From Eledone cirrhosa (Eukaryota), in assembly GCA_964016885.1 (NCBI GenBank), contig OZ024740.1:258292001-258356000 (forward strand): 64,000 bases of DNA. The letters are read 5' to 3'. Of this stretch, positions 12,824 to 24,985 are shown in pieces (position 1 is the stretch's first letter; each line of letters starts with the position of its first letter). The notes below the pieces were generated by a model. That model was not told the DNA's origin. It saw nothing but the letters and a program-made list of their open reading frames with translations, and did not search any database. The translations under genes were made by a program, and so were the position numbers.

Positions 12824-15800
12824 AGTTGCATTTATCTTGCTTTATGTTCATACGAGTTATCACCAAGTCACAACCAGTGACCTCAAGAGACAACAAGGTC
12901 CGCCATGTTCAAGAAAGAACATACATACTCACACATGCATCTTTAGTGTTTAGACTTGTGTGTACTTACATTGACAGAATCTTCCTTAGTATATGGGCAG
13001 TTCCCATTAGTACTATCTTTTGTATTTCTCCTATACGCGGGTTTCCTGGGATTTGCGATAAGTAATCATTAGACCCCTTAGGTATCATTCCCAGAGCGCC
13101 TACAACCACTGGTATTGTTTTAGTTCTCAATTTCCACATTTTTCCAATTTCTATCTCCAGGTCCTTATACTTGCTCAATTTTTCAAATGTTTTTATAGAT
13201 ACATTCTTGTCTATTGGGACGGACATATCAATTAGCAGGCATACCCTCTTTCTAAAGTCCTTCGATATTATATCAGGTCTATTTGCATCTATTTTTCGGT
13301 CTTTTTGGATGCTAAAGTTCCACAAGATTGAGATGTGATCTTTTTCAAGTATGGGAGGTGGTTGATGCTCCCACCAATTCTTTTGATTGGGAAGGTCAAA
13401 ATGCTTACTCATTATCCAATGTATGTATTGTGCAGCTCTGTCATGCCTGTTTAGGTATTCGGTTGGAGCTATGGGACTGCACATTGAAATTATATGGTCA
13501 ATGGTCTCTGGTTGTTTTTTGCATACACGGCATAATGGGCTGCATCCATTTTTTATTATGTTGGCTTGGTCATTTTTTGTTGGCAGACACTGATCTTGTG
13601 CCGATATAATAAATCCTTCAGTCTCCGATTTCAGTCCAGAGGATACCAACCACTGATGGGTTAAAGTTTTGTCAACATCAGGATTGTTAGCTCGTTCTGG
13701 GTATTTTCCATACAGAGGCTTTTCTTGCCATTTCTTAGCCAGTTTCTGTAGCAGTTCTTTCTTTGCAGTTACTTTTACCTGCTTTGCTTTTTCTGTGTTT
13801 TCCATTTCAGCAGTAAATGGGACTTCTGAAATTTGTAGTCCATTACTGTATCTTTGTGCATCTTTCGTAATGGAATATGATCTTTTGATGCTTTCGTGTT
13901 TCAAAACGAGTTTGATCATCCAATCATGTGATTCCCTTAGATATGTAGATAATCCAATTGTTGCAGTTTTCAATGCAATGTCTAACTGGATTAACCCACG
14001 TCCTCCTTCTTTCCTAGGGAGATATATTCTATCTGTATCTACCTTAGGGTGATGCATTCTGTGCATGGTTAAGAATTTTCGAATTTTTGTATCGAGCCTA
14101 CGGATCTCTGTGCTTGACCAGTTGATGACATTGTAACTGTAGGTTACTACTGGTATGGCAAGCGTGTTTATGGCATCGATCCTATTCCTTGCATTCAATT
14201 CCGTTCTTAAGATTGCTCTTACTCTGCGGTAACATTCCTTCCTTATCCTTCCCCTCATTGTCGAGTGCTTGTTTCCGTCTCCTTCACAAACACCTAGATA
14301 TTTGTAAGTTTTTTCTCGATCAAGTTCTCTTATCACGTTCCCCCCGATCAAGATTAAGTCTGAACTCCTCAGCAGCTTTCCTCTGGTGAATGTTGCCTTG
14401 GCGCATTTATCTAATCCAAACTCCATTTTAATGTCATCACTGAACTGCTCCACAGTGGATAATAGCCCTTGCAATTGTTCATCATTTTTTGCAAATAGTT
14501 TCAGGTCATCCATGTAGAACAAGTGATTAATGGTTTTGTCATAGACTTTATATCTATGTTTTGTTTCATTGAACATTTTACTTAATAGTATAAGTGCGAT
14601 GCAGAATAAAAGCGGTGATAAAGAGTCACCCTGAAAAATTCCACAATTAATATTAACTTCTCCAGCTTCCAGTGATTTTGTTTCACTATTCAAAAGGAGT
14701 GTCGTTTTCCATGTCTTCATACTGAATGACAAAAACCTCCTGACAACGGGGGATATTTTGAAAATCTCTAAACATTTTTCAATCCAACTGTGTGGCAAAC
14801 TATCGAATGCTTTTTTTATAATCTATCCAAGCAATTGATAGATTTTTGTGTCTATTATGACAATCTTCCAGTATCATTTTGTTAACCAAAAGCTGATCCT
14901 TACAGCCATATGAGCCTCGTTTACACCCTTTCTGCTCAATGGGAAATAGGTCATTTGTTAGCAGGTGGTCATATGTGTATTCAGTTAGGACTGATGTTAA
15001 AATGTTATACATTGTGGTCAAGCAAGTTATCGGTCTGTAATTTTTGGGATTGTTTGTCTCATCATTCTTCGGAAGCAGGAATGTAATGCCGTTAACTAGC
15101 CATGATGGTATCTTTTCTGGCTCCTTAACTATTTCATTGTAAAGTTGGGCTAACAGCTCATGAGACTCTGTGAAGGCATTTATCCAAAAATTTTGTATTT
15201 TGTCTTTTCCTGGGGATTTCCATTTGCTGGTTTTTCTTAGAGCCAAGCGCAACTGTTCAACTGTTATATTTTCCCATATTTGTTCTTCAAGGTGAGCTGT
15301 ATCTTTCATTTGTCTGTCTATCCATGGGGCATGTATGTTATGAACTTTTTCTTCGGCCCAGTTCTTTTCCCAGAATTCTTGCACTTCCTCCCTGGGTGGT
15401 ATTGATTTAGCAGTTATTGTTGACTTACCAATTTTTCTGTAGAAGTTTCTTTGGTTGTTTTTGAACATATTATTGTCCTTATAGAATCTAGATCGTTTTT
15501 CAAAGCGCCTTATACGAGCAGCTTTGGCCGACACTTTTTGCTTGATTATTTCTATCAGCATGTCTATGTCACTTGTTGATTTTATACTGTACTTTCTTTT
15601 CAATTTTCTAAGTTTAGTTTGTTTAACATGTTCACCTACTTTATAGTTTGTTAAAATTTCCATGTCAGATCGGAGAAGGTTTATTTGGCGATTGATGTTC
15701 TCTTGCCAAGTAGATTTCTTGTGGGAATTCCTTTGTTTTTTCATCTTCACTCCACATAAGTGAGTGGTGACTTTAGCCGATGCATAATAGAGATGATTTA

Positions 15801-16785
15801 AATCAGTAATGTTTAGTTTGTTTGTGATGATAATGTTTTTGAGAAATATGTTTGTCTTGTGTATTATCTTTTGGTTCTGTTTGGAGTTCTGGATCTTAGG
15901 GAGGGTGTCTCGTTGCCCCATGTCAGATTCTTTCATTTTCATCCATTCGATCATAATTTCATCCTTCAAGTTGGCAAGTTCATTCTCATTCATTTCTTTA
16001 TCATTTACGATCTCATTATTTCCATTTGGAGTTTCATCTTGAGCATGCACTCCCTCCACTTTTTCGATCCTTTCTTTAATTTGTTCTGGTGCCAGTGATT
16101 CCGCCCCAAACCTGGGATTCGAAGTGTTACAATTTACCTCGTTTTCACTGACACATGTTTCATTTTCCCTTCGCTGACTTTGTGCTTGATCTGATCAATT
16201 TCTATATCAGTTAGTAACTTTCTTTTTACAATATTTCTACGTATATTGGCTAGTTTGTTACTGTCAATATAGCCTCTGTTTTCGGGATGTTTCTTTTTCC
16301 AGTTGATATATGTCTGTTCTGTATTCGATGTATTTGATGGGTAGTACATCGCAGTGTAGAAAGCCTCAAGGACTTCTTTATTATCTTCCCTTGACCATTT
16401 TTCTCTCTTTTTCTTTGGATTTCTTGGTGGTGAGCATGGAGGGCCAACAGTATTCCGGTTATGGGAGTTCTCCAGCTCCGAAGTGATGGGAAGGTTTGAA
16501 CCATTAGCTGATTTTTCGACCCCAGTCTGGTCCCTCTCTGAGGGATGCGGCCCTTTTTTACCCGGGTGACGGCCGATCCGGTATGAGATTTTATCATTAG
16601 ACATTTACTTTATTTTGTCGCGTTTTATCCTTATCCGCCAATGGGTAATCATTTCGTGTTACCACTTCTAGAACGAGTGTCAACCAAGACTAGAGGTGTC
16701 GTTCTCCCCTAGAGACACGGCTATTCCCCCCCCCCCCCGGCCGCCATCCCGATATTTCTTGGTCACGGGGTTTTCTTTTTTGTTG

Positions 16786-16788
<3 letters not shown>
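12822..16788 (-). mobile_element. R4/Dong-like non-LTR retrotransposon, lineage A, apparently full length
   Basis: N-terminal Myb-like W..E...W region, RT (NYRPITCL, IFQGDSLSP, FYMDDLKL), CCHC (CRVCKKQPETIDHIISMC), RHD and RPD...D...K restriction-like endonuclease. (TAA)n at both ends, as known for Dong elements. Confidence 0.9.
12966..16604 (-). pseudogene. Single RT+RLE ORF of Dong-A, broken by frameshifts near ~16100 and ~14810
   Basis: ORF-track pieces 16134-16604, 14800-16059 and 12966-14798 are collinear with the intact neighbouring ORF. Confidence 0.85.
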
Positions 16789-16836
<48 letters not shown>

Positions 16837-16837
<1 letters not shown>

Positions 16838-19552
16838 TGCATTTATCTTGCTTTATGTTTATACGAGTTATCACCAAGTCACAACCAGTGACCTCAAGAG
16901 ACAACAAGGTCCGCCATGTTCAAGAAAGAACACACATATTCACACATGCATCCTTAGTGTTTAGACTTGTGATGTACTTATATTGACAGGATCTTCCTTA
17001 GTATATGGGCAGTTCCCATTAGTACTATCTTTTGTATTTCTCCTATACGCGGGTTTCCTGGGATTTGCGATAAGTAGTCGTTAGACCCCTTAGGTATCAT
17101 TCCCAGAGCGCCTACAACCACTGGTATTGTTTTAGTTCTCAATTTCCACATTTTTCCAATTTCTATCTCCAGGTCCTTATACTTGCTCAATTTTTCAAAT
17201 GTTTTTATAGATACATTCTTGTCTATTGGAACAGACATATCAATTAGCAGGCATACCCTCCTTTGAAAGTCCTTCAATATTATATCAGGTCTATTTGCAT
17301 CTATTTTTCGGTCTGTTTGGATGCTAAAGTTCCACAAGATTGAGATGTGATCTTTTTCAAGTATGGGAGGTGGTTGATGCTCCCACCAATTCTTTTGATG
17401 GGGCAGGTCAAAATGCTTGCACATTATCCAATGTATGTATTGTGCAGCTCTGTCATGCCTGTTTAGGTATTCGGTTGGAGCTATAGGACTGCACATTGAA
17501 ATTATATGGTCAATGGTCTCTGGTTGTTTTTTGCATACACGGCATAATGGGCTGCACCCATTTTTTATTATGTTGGCTTGGTAATTTTTTGTTGGCAGAC
17601 ACTGATCTTGTGCGGATATAATCAGTCCTTCAGTCTCCGATTTCAGTCCAGAGGATGCCAACCACTGATGGGTTAAAGTTTTGTCAACATCAGGATTGTT
17701 AGCTCGCTCTGGGTATTTTCCATACAGAGGCTTTTCTTGCCATTTCTTAGCCAGTTTCTGTAGCAGTTCTTTCTTTGCAGTTACTTTTACCTGCTTTGCT
17801 TTTTCTGTGTTTTCCATTTCAGCAGTAAATGGGACTTCTGAAATTTGTAGTCCATTACTGTATCTTTGTGCATCTTTTGTAATGGAATATGATCTTTTGG
17901 TGCTTTCGTGTTTCAAAACGAGTTTGATCATCCAATCATGTGATTCCCTTAGATATGTGGATAATCCAATTGTTGCAGTTTTCAACGCAATGTCTAACTG
18001 GATTAACCCACGTCCTCCTTCTTTCCTAGGGAGATATATTCTATCTATGTCTGCCTTAGGGTGATGCATTCTGTGCATGGTTAAGAATTTTCGGATTTTT
18101 GTATCGAGCCTACGGATCTCTGTGCTTGACCAGTTGATGACATTGTAACTGTAGGTTACTACTGGTATGGCAAGCGTATTTATGGCATCGATCCTATTCC
18201 TTGCATTCAATTCCGTTCTTAAGATTGCTCTGACTCTGCGGTAACATTCCTTCCTTATCCTTTCCCTCATTGTCGAGTGCTTGATTCCGTCTCCTTCACA
18301 AACACCTAGATATTTGTAAGTTTGTTCTTGATCAAGCTCTCTTATCACGTTCCCCCGATCAAGATTAATGTCTGAACTCTTCAGCAGCTTTCCTCTGGTG
18401 AACGTTGCTTTGGCGCATTTATCCAGTCCAAACTCCATTTTAATGTCATCACTGAACTGCTTCACAGTGGATAATAGCCCTTGCAATTGTTCATCATTTT
18501 TTGCAAATAGTTTCAGGTCATCCATGTAGAACAGGTGATTAATGGTTTTGTCATAGACTCTATATCCATGTTTTGTTTCATTGAGCATTTTACTTAATGG
18601 TATAAGTGCGATGCAGAATAAAAGCGGTGATAAAGAGTCACCCTGAAAAATTCCACAATTAATGTTAACTTCTCCAGCTTCCAGTGATTTTGTTTCACTA
18701 TCCAAAAGGAGTGTCGTTCTCCATGTCCTCATACTGAATGACAAAAACCTCCTGATAACGGGGGATATTTTGAAAATCTCTAAACATTTTTCAATCCAAC
18801 TGTGTGGCAAACTATCAAATGCTTTTTTATAATCTATCCAAGCAATCGATAGATTTTTGTGTCTATTATGACAATCTTCCAGTATCATTTTGTTAACCAG
18901 AAGCTGATCCTTACAGCCATATGAGCCTCGTTTACACCCTTTCTGCTCAATGGGAAATAGGTCATTTGTTATCAGGTGGTCATATGTGTATTCAGTTAGG
19001 ACTGATGTTAAAATTTTATACATTGTGGTCAAGCAGGTTATCGGTCTGTAATTTTTGGGATTGTTTGTCTCATCATTCTTCGGTAGCAGGAATGTAATGC
19101 CGTTAACTAGCCATGATGGTATCTTTTCTGGCTCCTTAACTATTTCATTGTAAAGTTGGGCTAACAGCTCATGAGACTCTGTGAAGGCATTTATCCAAAA
19201 GTTTTGTATTTTGTCTTTTCCTGGGGATTTCCATTTGCTGGTTTTTCTTAGAGCCAAGCGCAGCTGTTCAACTGTTATATTTTCCCATGTTTGTTCTTCA
19301 AGGTGAGCTGTTTCTTTCATTTGTCTGTCTATCCATGGGGCATGTATGTTATGAACTTTTTCTTTGGCCCAGATCTTTTCCCAGAATTCTTGCACTTCCT
19401 CCTTGGGTGGTATTGATTTAGCAGTTATTGTTGACTTACCAATTTTTCTGTAGAAGTTTCTTTGGTTGTTTTTGAACATATTATTGTCCTTATAGAATCT
19501 AGATCGTTTTTCAAAGCGCCTTATACGAGCAGCTTTGGCCGACACTTTTTGC

Positions 19553-19555
<3 letters not shown>
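16837..19555 (-). mobile_element. 5'-truncated Dong-A copy, tandem to the previous one
   Basis: Same 3' UTR (gcatttatcttgctttatgtt..) and near-identical sequence, bounded by (ATT)n at 16789-16836 and 19556-19617. Confidence 0.92.
16978..19545 (-). CDS. Uninterrupted 855-codon RT + CCHC + restriction-like endonuclease frame (lacks native N-terminus)
   Basis: Open frame with YMDD, CCHC, RHD and PD-(D/E)xK motifs. The start is a truncation point, not a true initiator. Confidence 0.85.
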   Translation of the reverse strand: MSAKAARIRRFEKRSRFYKDNNMFKNNQRNFYRKIGKSTITAKSIPPKEEVQEFWEKIWAKEKVHNIHAPWIDRQMKETAHLEEQTWENITVEQLRLALRKTSKWKSPGKDKIQNFWINAFTESHELLAQLYNEIVKEPEKIPSWLVNGITFLLPKNDETNNPKNYRPITCLTTMYKILTSVLTEYTYDHLITNDLFPIEQKGCKRGSYGCKDQLLVNKMILEDCHNRHKNLSIAWIDYKKAFDSLPHSWIEKCLEIFKISPVIRRFLSFSMRTWRTTLLLDSETKSLEAGEVNINCGIFQGDSLSPLLFCIALIPLSKMLNETKHGYRVYDKTINHLFYMDDLKLFAKNDEQLQGLLSTVKQFSDDIKMEFGLDKCAKATFTRGKLLKSSDINLDRGNVIRELDQEQTYKYLGVCEGDGIKHSTMRERIRKECYRRVRAILRTELNARNRIDAINTLAIPVVTYSYNVINWSSTEIRRLDTKIRKFLTMHRMHHPKADIDRIYLPRKEGGRGLIQLDIALKTATIGLSTYLRESHDWMIKLVLKHESTKRSYSITKDAQRYSNGLQISEVPFTAEMENTEKAKQVKVTAKKELLQKLAKKWQEKPLYGKYPERANNPDVDKTLTHQWLASSGLKSETEGLIISAQDQCLPTKNYQANIIKNGCSPLCRVCKKQPETIDHIISMCSPIAPTEYLNRHDRAAQYIHWIMCKHFDLPHQKNWWEHQPPPILEKDHISILWNFSIQTDRKIDANRPDIILKDFQRRVCLLIDMSVPIDKNVSIKTFEKLSKYKDLEIEIGKMWKLRTKTIPVVVGALGMIPKGSNDYLSQIPGNPRIGEIQKIVLMGTAHILRKILSI

Positions 19556-19617
<62 letters not shown>

Positions 19618-19800
19618 GTTCTTTAAGTCTCAGTCATTGATGTTATTTAACTGGAAGGTTTGTTGAAATGAATATCAAGCGGCTATCTGCAGCCTCAGAA
19701 ATTCAGGACGTATCGGAGGGTTCTTGCTGTTCCCAGCAAGCATGCCTTTTGAAGTGTTCCAAAAATCGGGGCTGGACTAATCTTCTTTAACCATCCTTGG
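19618..19800 (-). mobile_element. ~180-bp 3' fragment of Dong lineage B
   Basis: Matches 19857-20036 and the 3' end at 47450-47630 (LQKACLLGTARTLRYVLN). Confidence 0.88.
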
Positions 19801-19856
19801 TTATTATTATTATGATTATTATTATTATTATGATTATTATTATTATTATTATTATT

Positions 19857-22690
19857 CTTTGAGTCTCAGTCATTGTTGTTAGTTAACTGGAAAGTTTGTT
19901 GAAATGAATATCAAGCCACTACCTGCAGCCTCAGATATTCAGGACGTATCGGAGGGTTCTTGCTGTTCCCAGCAAGCATGCCTTTTGAAGTGTTCCAAAA
20001 AGCGGGGCGGGGCCAATTTTCTTTAACCATCCTTGGAAACTTTTTGAGATAGTACCTAGTGCGCCTATGACAATCGGGACCACTTTGACTTCATGGCAGT
20101 TCCAAATCCTTTTTACCTCCCACTTTAAGTCCTGGTATCGGTTAATTTCTCCCTCTCCTTTTCTTGCACTCTCGTGTCAAATGGGCAGGCCACATCCACA
20201 ATCAGGCACGATCTTTCTTCCTTGTCCAAAACCACCAGGTCAGGTCTATTGTGTTCCAGTTTCTTGTTCGTCTGTATCCTAAAATCCCATAGCACCTTTA
20301 CCTGATCGTTTTCTATCACCGATTCTGGTTTATGCTCATACCACTTCTCAGAATGTGGTAAATTGTTTACTTTGCATAGGTGCCAGTGGATTACCCTGCC
20401 CATCACATCATGTCTCCAGCCTTTATAGTGAGTATGGGCTAGGTGTTTACACTCGGATACAATGTGAGCCACAGTCTCCTCTCTCTCTCCATAGATCCTG
20501 CACAGTGGGCTAGCCTCCTCCTTGTAAATATGGTGATTCAGCCACTTCGTTTTGAGGGCCTGCTCTTGCGCAGCCATTAGTATTCCTTCTGTAGCATTTT
20601 TAAGGTCTCCACTTCTCAACCAGTTCCATGTCTGTGGATCTCTGAATTCCGTTTTCTCAAAGAAGGTACTATGAAGGGATTTTTCATGAAGGTTGCTCTT
20701 CCTCCTCGTTGTTATTTCCTCCTAGGACATCCCCTGGTCTATTGTCCTCTCCTTCAGTACAATTCTGAGCATTGGCTCCTTACTATCGGCCACGTATTTA
20801 TGTAGGTTGTTTTTCTCCATCTGAACACAGTCCTCTATGCTGATAAGACCTCTTCCACCTTCAGATCTCTTAAGTAGAGTCTATCGACATCACTCCTCTT
20901 GTGGAACATGTTGTAGATAGTCAATAGCTTCCTAGTCTTCCTATCCATTTCTGTTTGTTCAGCAACATTCAATCTCAGAATTCTCGCACTGTACCTAATA
21001 ATTGTTTCTACTTTAGGCACAAGGCCAGCAATTACCCAGTGTATTACTAGTACTTTATTGTACCTAATAATAGACACAGCTCGGGAATTTACTGCACTTA
21101 TGGCATTCCTACTGTTCAGATGTGACTTTAATACGCTCCTTACTCTCCGAATGTATTCAGATCTTATCAATTCAATCATTTTTTTGTTCTTGATGTCATC
21201 AGCCTCCAGAATACCCAAACACTTGTATCCTTCTTCAGTGTCAATTTCCTTTATCATCTCACCTGTTGGTATCTGGATTCCGTTGCTTCTGCTCAATTTC
21301 CACCTCTTCATCACAAGGACTCCACACTTACTAATATCAAATTGCATACATATATCATTGCTGAAAATACGGACAGTGTCAACAAGCACATCCAACTCCT
21401 TCTCACTCTTCCCGAAGTGCTTAAGATCGTCCATGAAGAGGAGGTCATTGATGGTAAGCTCTCCCCTTCCCAACTTGTATCCTGCACTCACTTTTCGCAG
21501 TATAATGGTCAGGGGCATCAGGGCAAGGACAAACAACAGAGGGGACTGACTATCTACCTGGAAGATACCTCTCTTGATTTTCACGCCTCACAAGGATTCT
21601 CCAGCTGATGTTAACTCTGTTTTCCAGGACTTCATACTTTTGCTCAACAACTGTCTGATGTTATCTGCCACATTGAAGATCTCTAGGCTTTTGGTGATCC
21701 AAGAATGAGGCATCATGTCAAATGCCTTTTTGTAGTCTATCCATCCCATGGCAAGACCATTGTGCCTCCTCTTACAATTCCTCATTACCATCTTATCAAT
21801 AAGTAACTGGTCCTTTATACCACGGGACTTCTTTCGGCATCCTTTCTGTTCGTCCGGTAACAAGTTGTTTGTGTGGAGGTGATGGTAGATTTCCTCAGAC
21901 ACAATGCTTGTCAACAGTTTCCACATTACGGACAGATATGTGATAGTTCTATAGTTGGTAACATCATTACCCTTGATTCGGTCTTTCATTACCAGAACTG
22001 TGGTACCTTTTGTCAACCACTCTGGTACCTCACCTGACATCAAGCAGTCATTGAACATGGTTGTCAGTTTCGGGTGGAGGGATGTTACATTTTTAATCCA
22101 ATACCCCTGCACACCATCTGGGCCTGGTGATTTCCAGTTGGTTAGTTTTTTGGCCTGCCCCTTGAGAGTTTCAACTGTGATACTCAAATCAGTTTGTGTT
22201 GTGTGCCTGTTCACTATTCTCCATTTGTACTGTCTCAATCCACACTGCCTGGTCATTATTTTTAACATCCTGCCCCCATATTCCTCTCCAGAATGTCTTA
22301 GTTTGTTCCGCATCAGGGATCAAGTCGTTGCCTCTTTCTTTCCTTTCAAGCTGTCCAAACAACATCTTATGGTTGTTGTCAAACATGCGGTTCTGTCTAT
22401 ACTGACTGACTCTGCTGTCGTATCGCCTAATTTTTTTACTCTTTGCTACAATGCGTTGCTTCAGTTCCTCTATGATAATATTTAGTCTTTTCCTCCTATT
22501 TTTGTACTTTATTTCCAGTCTATTTTTAGTGTCTATATTTTTTAGTGTCCCATTCAGTAGGGACTCAAGCTTTACAACGTCATTTCTCATTTCCCTGATT
22601 TGACCATTCAGTCGTTTCTTCCACCAAGGTTCTGATCTTTCTTGTTTGTTGTTTCCACACCAAGGTTCTGATCTTTCTTGTTTGTTGTCT
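19857..22690 (-). mobile_element. 5'-truncated, frameshifted Dong lineage B copy containing a SINE fragment
   Basis: Peptides nearly identical to 44165-47554 (WKSPGPDGVQGYWIK, FMDDLK, RHDVMG, NRPDLVV); ATT repeats on both sides. Confidence 0.9.
21003..21059 (-). mobile_element. 5'-truncated SINE with a 12-bp target-site duplication
   Basis: SINE 3' end flanked by GTACCTAATAAT at 20991-21002 and 21060-21071. Confidence 0.9.
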
Positions 22691-22897
22691 CTATTATTAC
22701 TATTATTATTATTATTGTTGGTGAAGCCACGCTTCTTATCGCCTCCAGAATTTTTTCAACGTTTTACCTCGCTTTCAACCGTTCTAATCCTTTTATTCAA
22801 GTTTTAAATTTGATAAAAGTTTAGAAGAAGTGACCCACCTAATACGGGGTGTCGTAATAGTATTTGTGTAAAAAAAATTTTTTTTTTAAATTTCAAC

Positions 22898-24953
22898 ATG
22901 GATAACACAAGAAAGAGAGAGAGCGCTGTTAGACAACACAGAGAGAGGGAGACTTTATCAACATGACAAAAAGACAGCGTTCCAGCGAGGTAAATATAAA
23001 CGAAAATATTACAAAGGAAAAAAGATTGTTACAGATTTAAAATTAACAAATATTTCTAACACAAACAACACCAACAATAACACCAACAACAACACCAACA
23101 ACAACACCAACAACAACACCAACAATAACAACAGCAATAACAAAAATAACAGCGGTAAAGTCGAGAACGACAATAACAAAAATAACAGCGGTAAGGTCGC
23201 GAACAACAATGACGATAACAACCGCCACAACAACAATAATAGTAGGAACAGTATCAACAAAAACAACAATAATTACAACAGCCACAATAACAGTAACAAC
23301 AGCAACAGTATCAACGAAAACAACAACAACAACACCAACAACTGTACCAACGAAAAACAACAACAATGACACCGATACCTGTAATAGCGATCTCAGCACC
23401 ACCAGTAAGACCAGTAGCGGCAGCAATAGTGGTGCTGCTGAAAAAGGGACCACTTCTTTTGCAGGTGTCGCCCAAAATATCGAGACAGTGTTAGTCACAG
23501 AGGAAGAGATGGCAGTCGCAAGGGCCATGGTGACAAGAAGCGAAAATAGAGTTTTCCTGAAAACTCCACCCGATTTTTTCAAGGACCAGCAGCTACGGAC
23601 GGTGACTTTCCGCACCGTAAGCAAAATCTCACATCGAGTGGAGAGAGCCACGGAGGCTCAAATCCAAAAGGCCTTGGGGTGCGTCTGGGCACGCAACACC
23701 CACATCACCCGAGGCAGAAAGTACGCCACAGTAGACGTACTTTTCGCCACCCCCCAGGAAGCAATGTCTCACTCTTTGGAAATCCTAAAGAGTGAGGAGA
23801 TAGTCTTGGTGCCCTCCTACTGCGGGCAGAAAATTGTGAGGGTCAAAGTGACCCAGGTCCCACCCGACGTGCCAATACCTTGGCTGGCCGCGTCTGTCCT
23901 TGCTGGAATGGAGAGCAGGGCGACCATGCTGCAAGTAGAAAAAATAGGAAGAGAGAACTGGTCAGGTATAGGCATGCAAATGCTTATACAATCTGACCAG
24001 GAATGTATCGACGCTATCCCCGATATCATAGACACCGAGGAAGGACTCAAACTCCCTATAAGTGTAGAAGGAAGACGCCCAAAATGTTATCTCTGTGGGT
24101 TGAAGGGTCACCTCAGGGCCTTTTGCCCGCAGAAGACAGCGAAGAAGGCCCCTCTCCTTCCTATACCTCGTCCGCTGCTACCAAGAGCAGGGCAGGCAAC
24201 AAAAGAAGAAGCCCCTTCCACGGTGAGTAGGAGGGCAACATCCGTAGCACCCGTACCAAGGCCACGGACAACTAAAGCAGCATCATCAGTAGCGGCAACA
24301 CCAATAGATCCATTTGAAGTAGCTACACCAGCAACAAAATTGCCGAAGAGGGCTCTACTACCACCACCAACAGCCGTGGAGAACATACCCCTCCCAGACG
24401 CCACAGAATCCGACATGGAGTTTGAGGCGGGAGTGAAGTGGCAAACGGTCTGCCACAAAAAAGAAAAAAGAAAAAACCCTTAGATTCACCCTCCAAAAGC
24501 AAAGGCATACAAAGAGGGGTAAAGGCAGCAAGGAAACTTGCAGCAACACCACCACCATCACCACCACAAACACCAACAACACAAACACAACAAGACACAC
24601 ACACCAAACAGCAACAAGAAGAAAACAGCAACAAAATCACCCCTCCCGCCAAAAAGTACACAGCCATAAACATGGCAAAAAAATAACTCATACAATATAT
24701 AAAGCAGCACACAGACATCACAAAAAAAAACTACTACACGCCACCAACACCAAGAACTCTCCCGACAAACATAAGCATCAACGAAATCTCAATAGAACAG
24801 TACAAACCTTTAAAACAAAAATTCCCCAACGCAGTTGGAGACTTCAGAGGGTCGGTTACCAAGAGGATATACACTGACATCCTATTGGAAACACCCATGA
24901 CCAGCGAAAGGGACGGTTCTACTGTCCCTTCACCACACGAACAAGGTAAGTGA
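22898..24953 (+). pseudogene. Tx1 ORF1 (gag-like, zinc knuckle), frameshifted
   Basis: Thr/Asn-rich N-terminus, globular core, CCHC knuckle, Pro/Lys-rich linker; stop after EQGK. Confidence 0.75.
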
Positions 24954-24985
24954 CCCATTCTCACTTGCCTCGTTTCTCATCCAAC

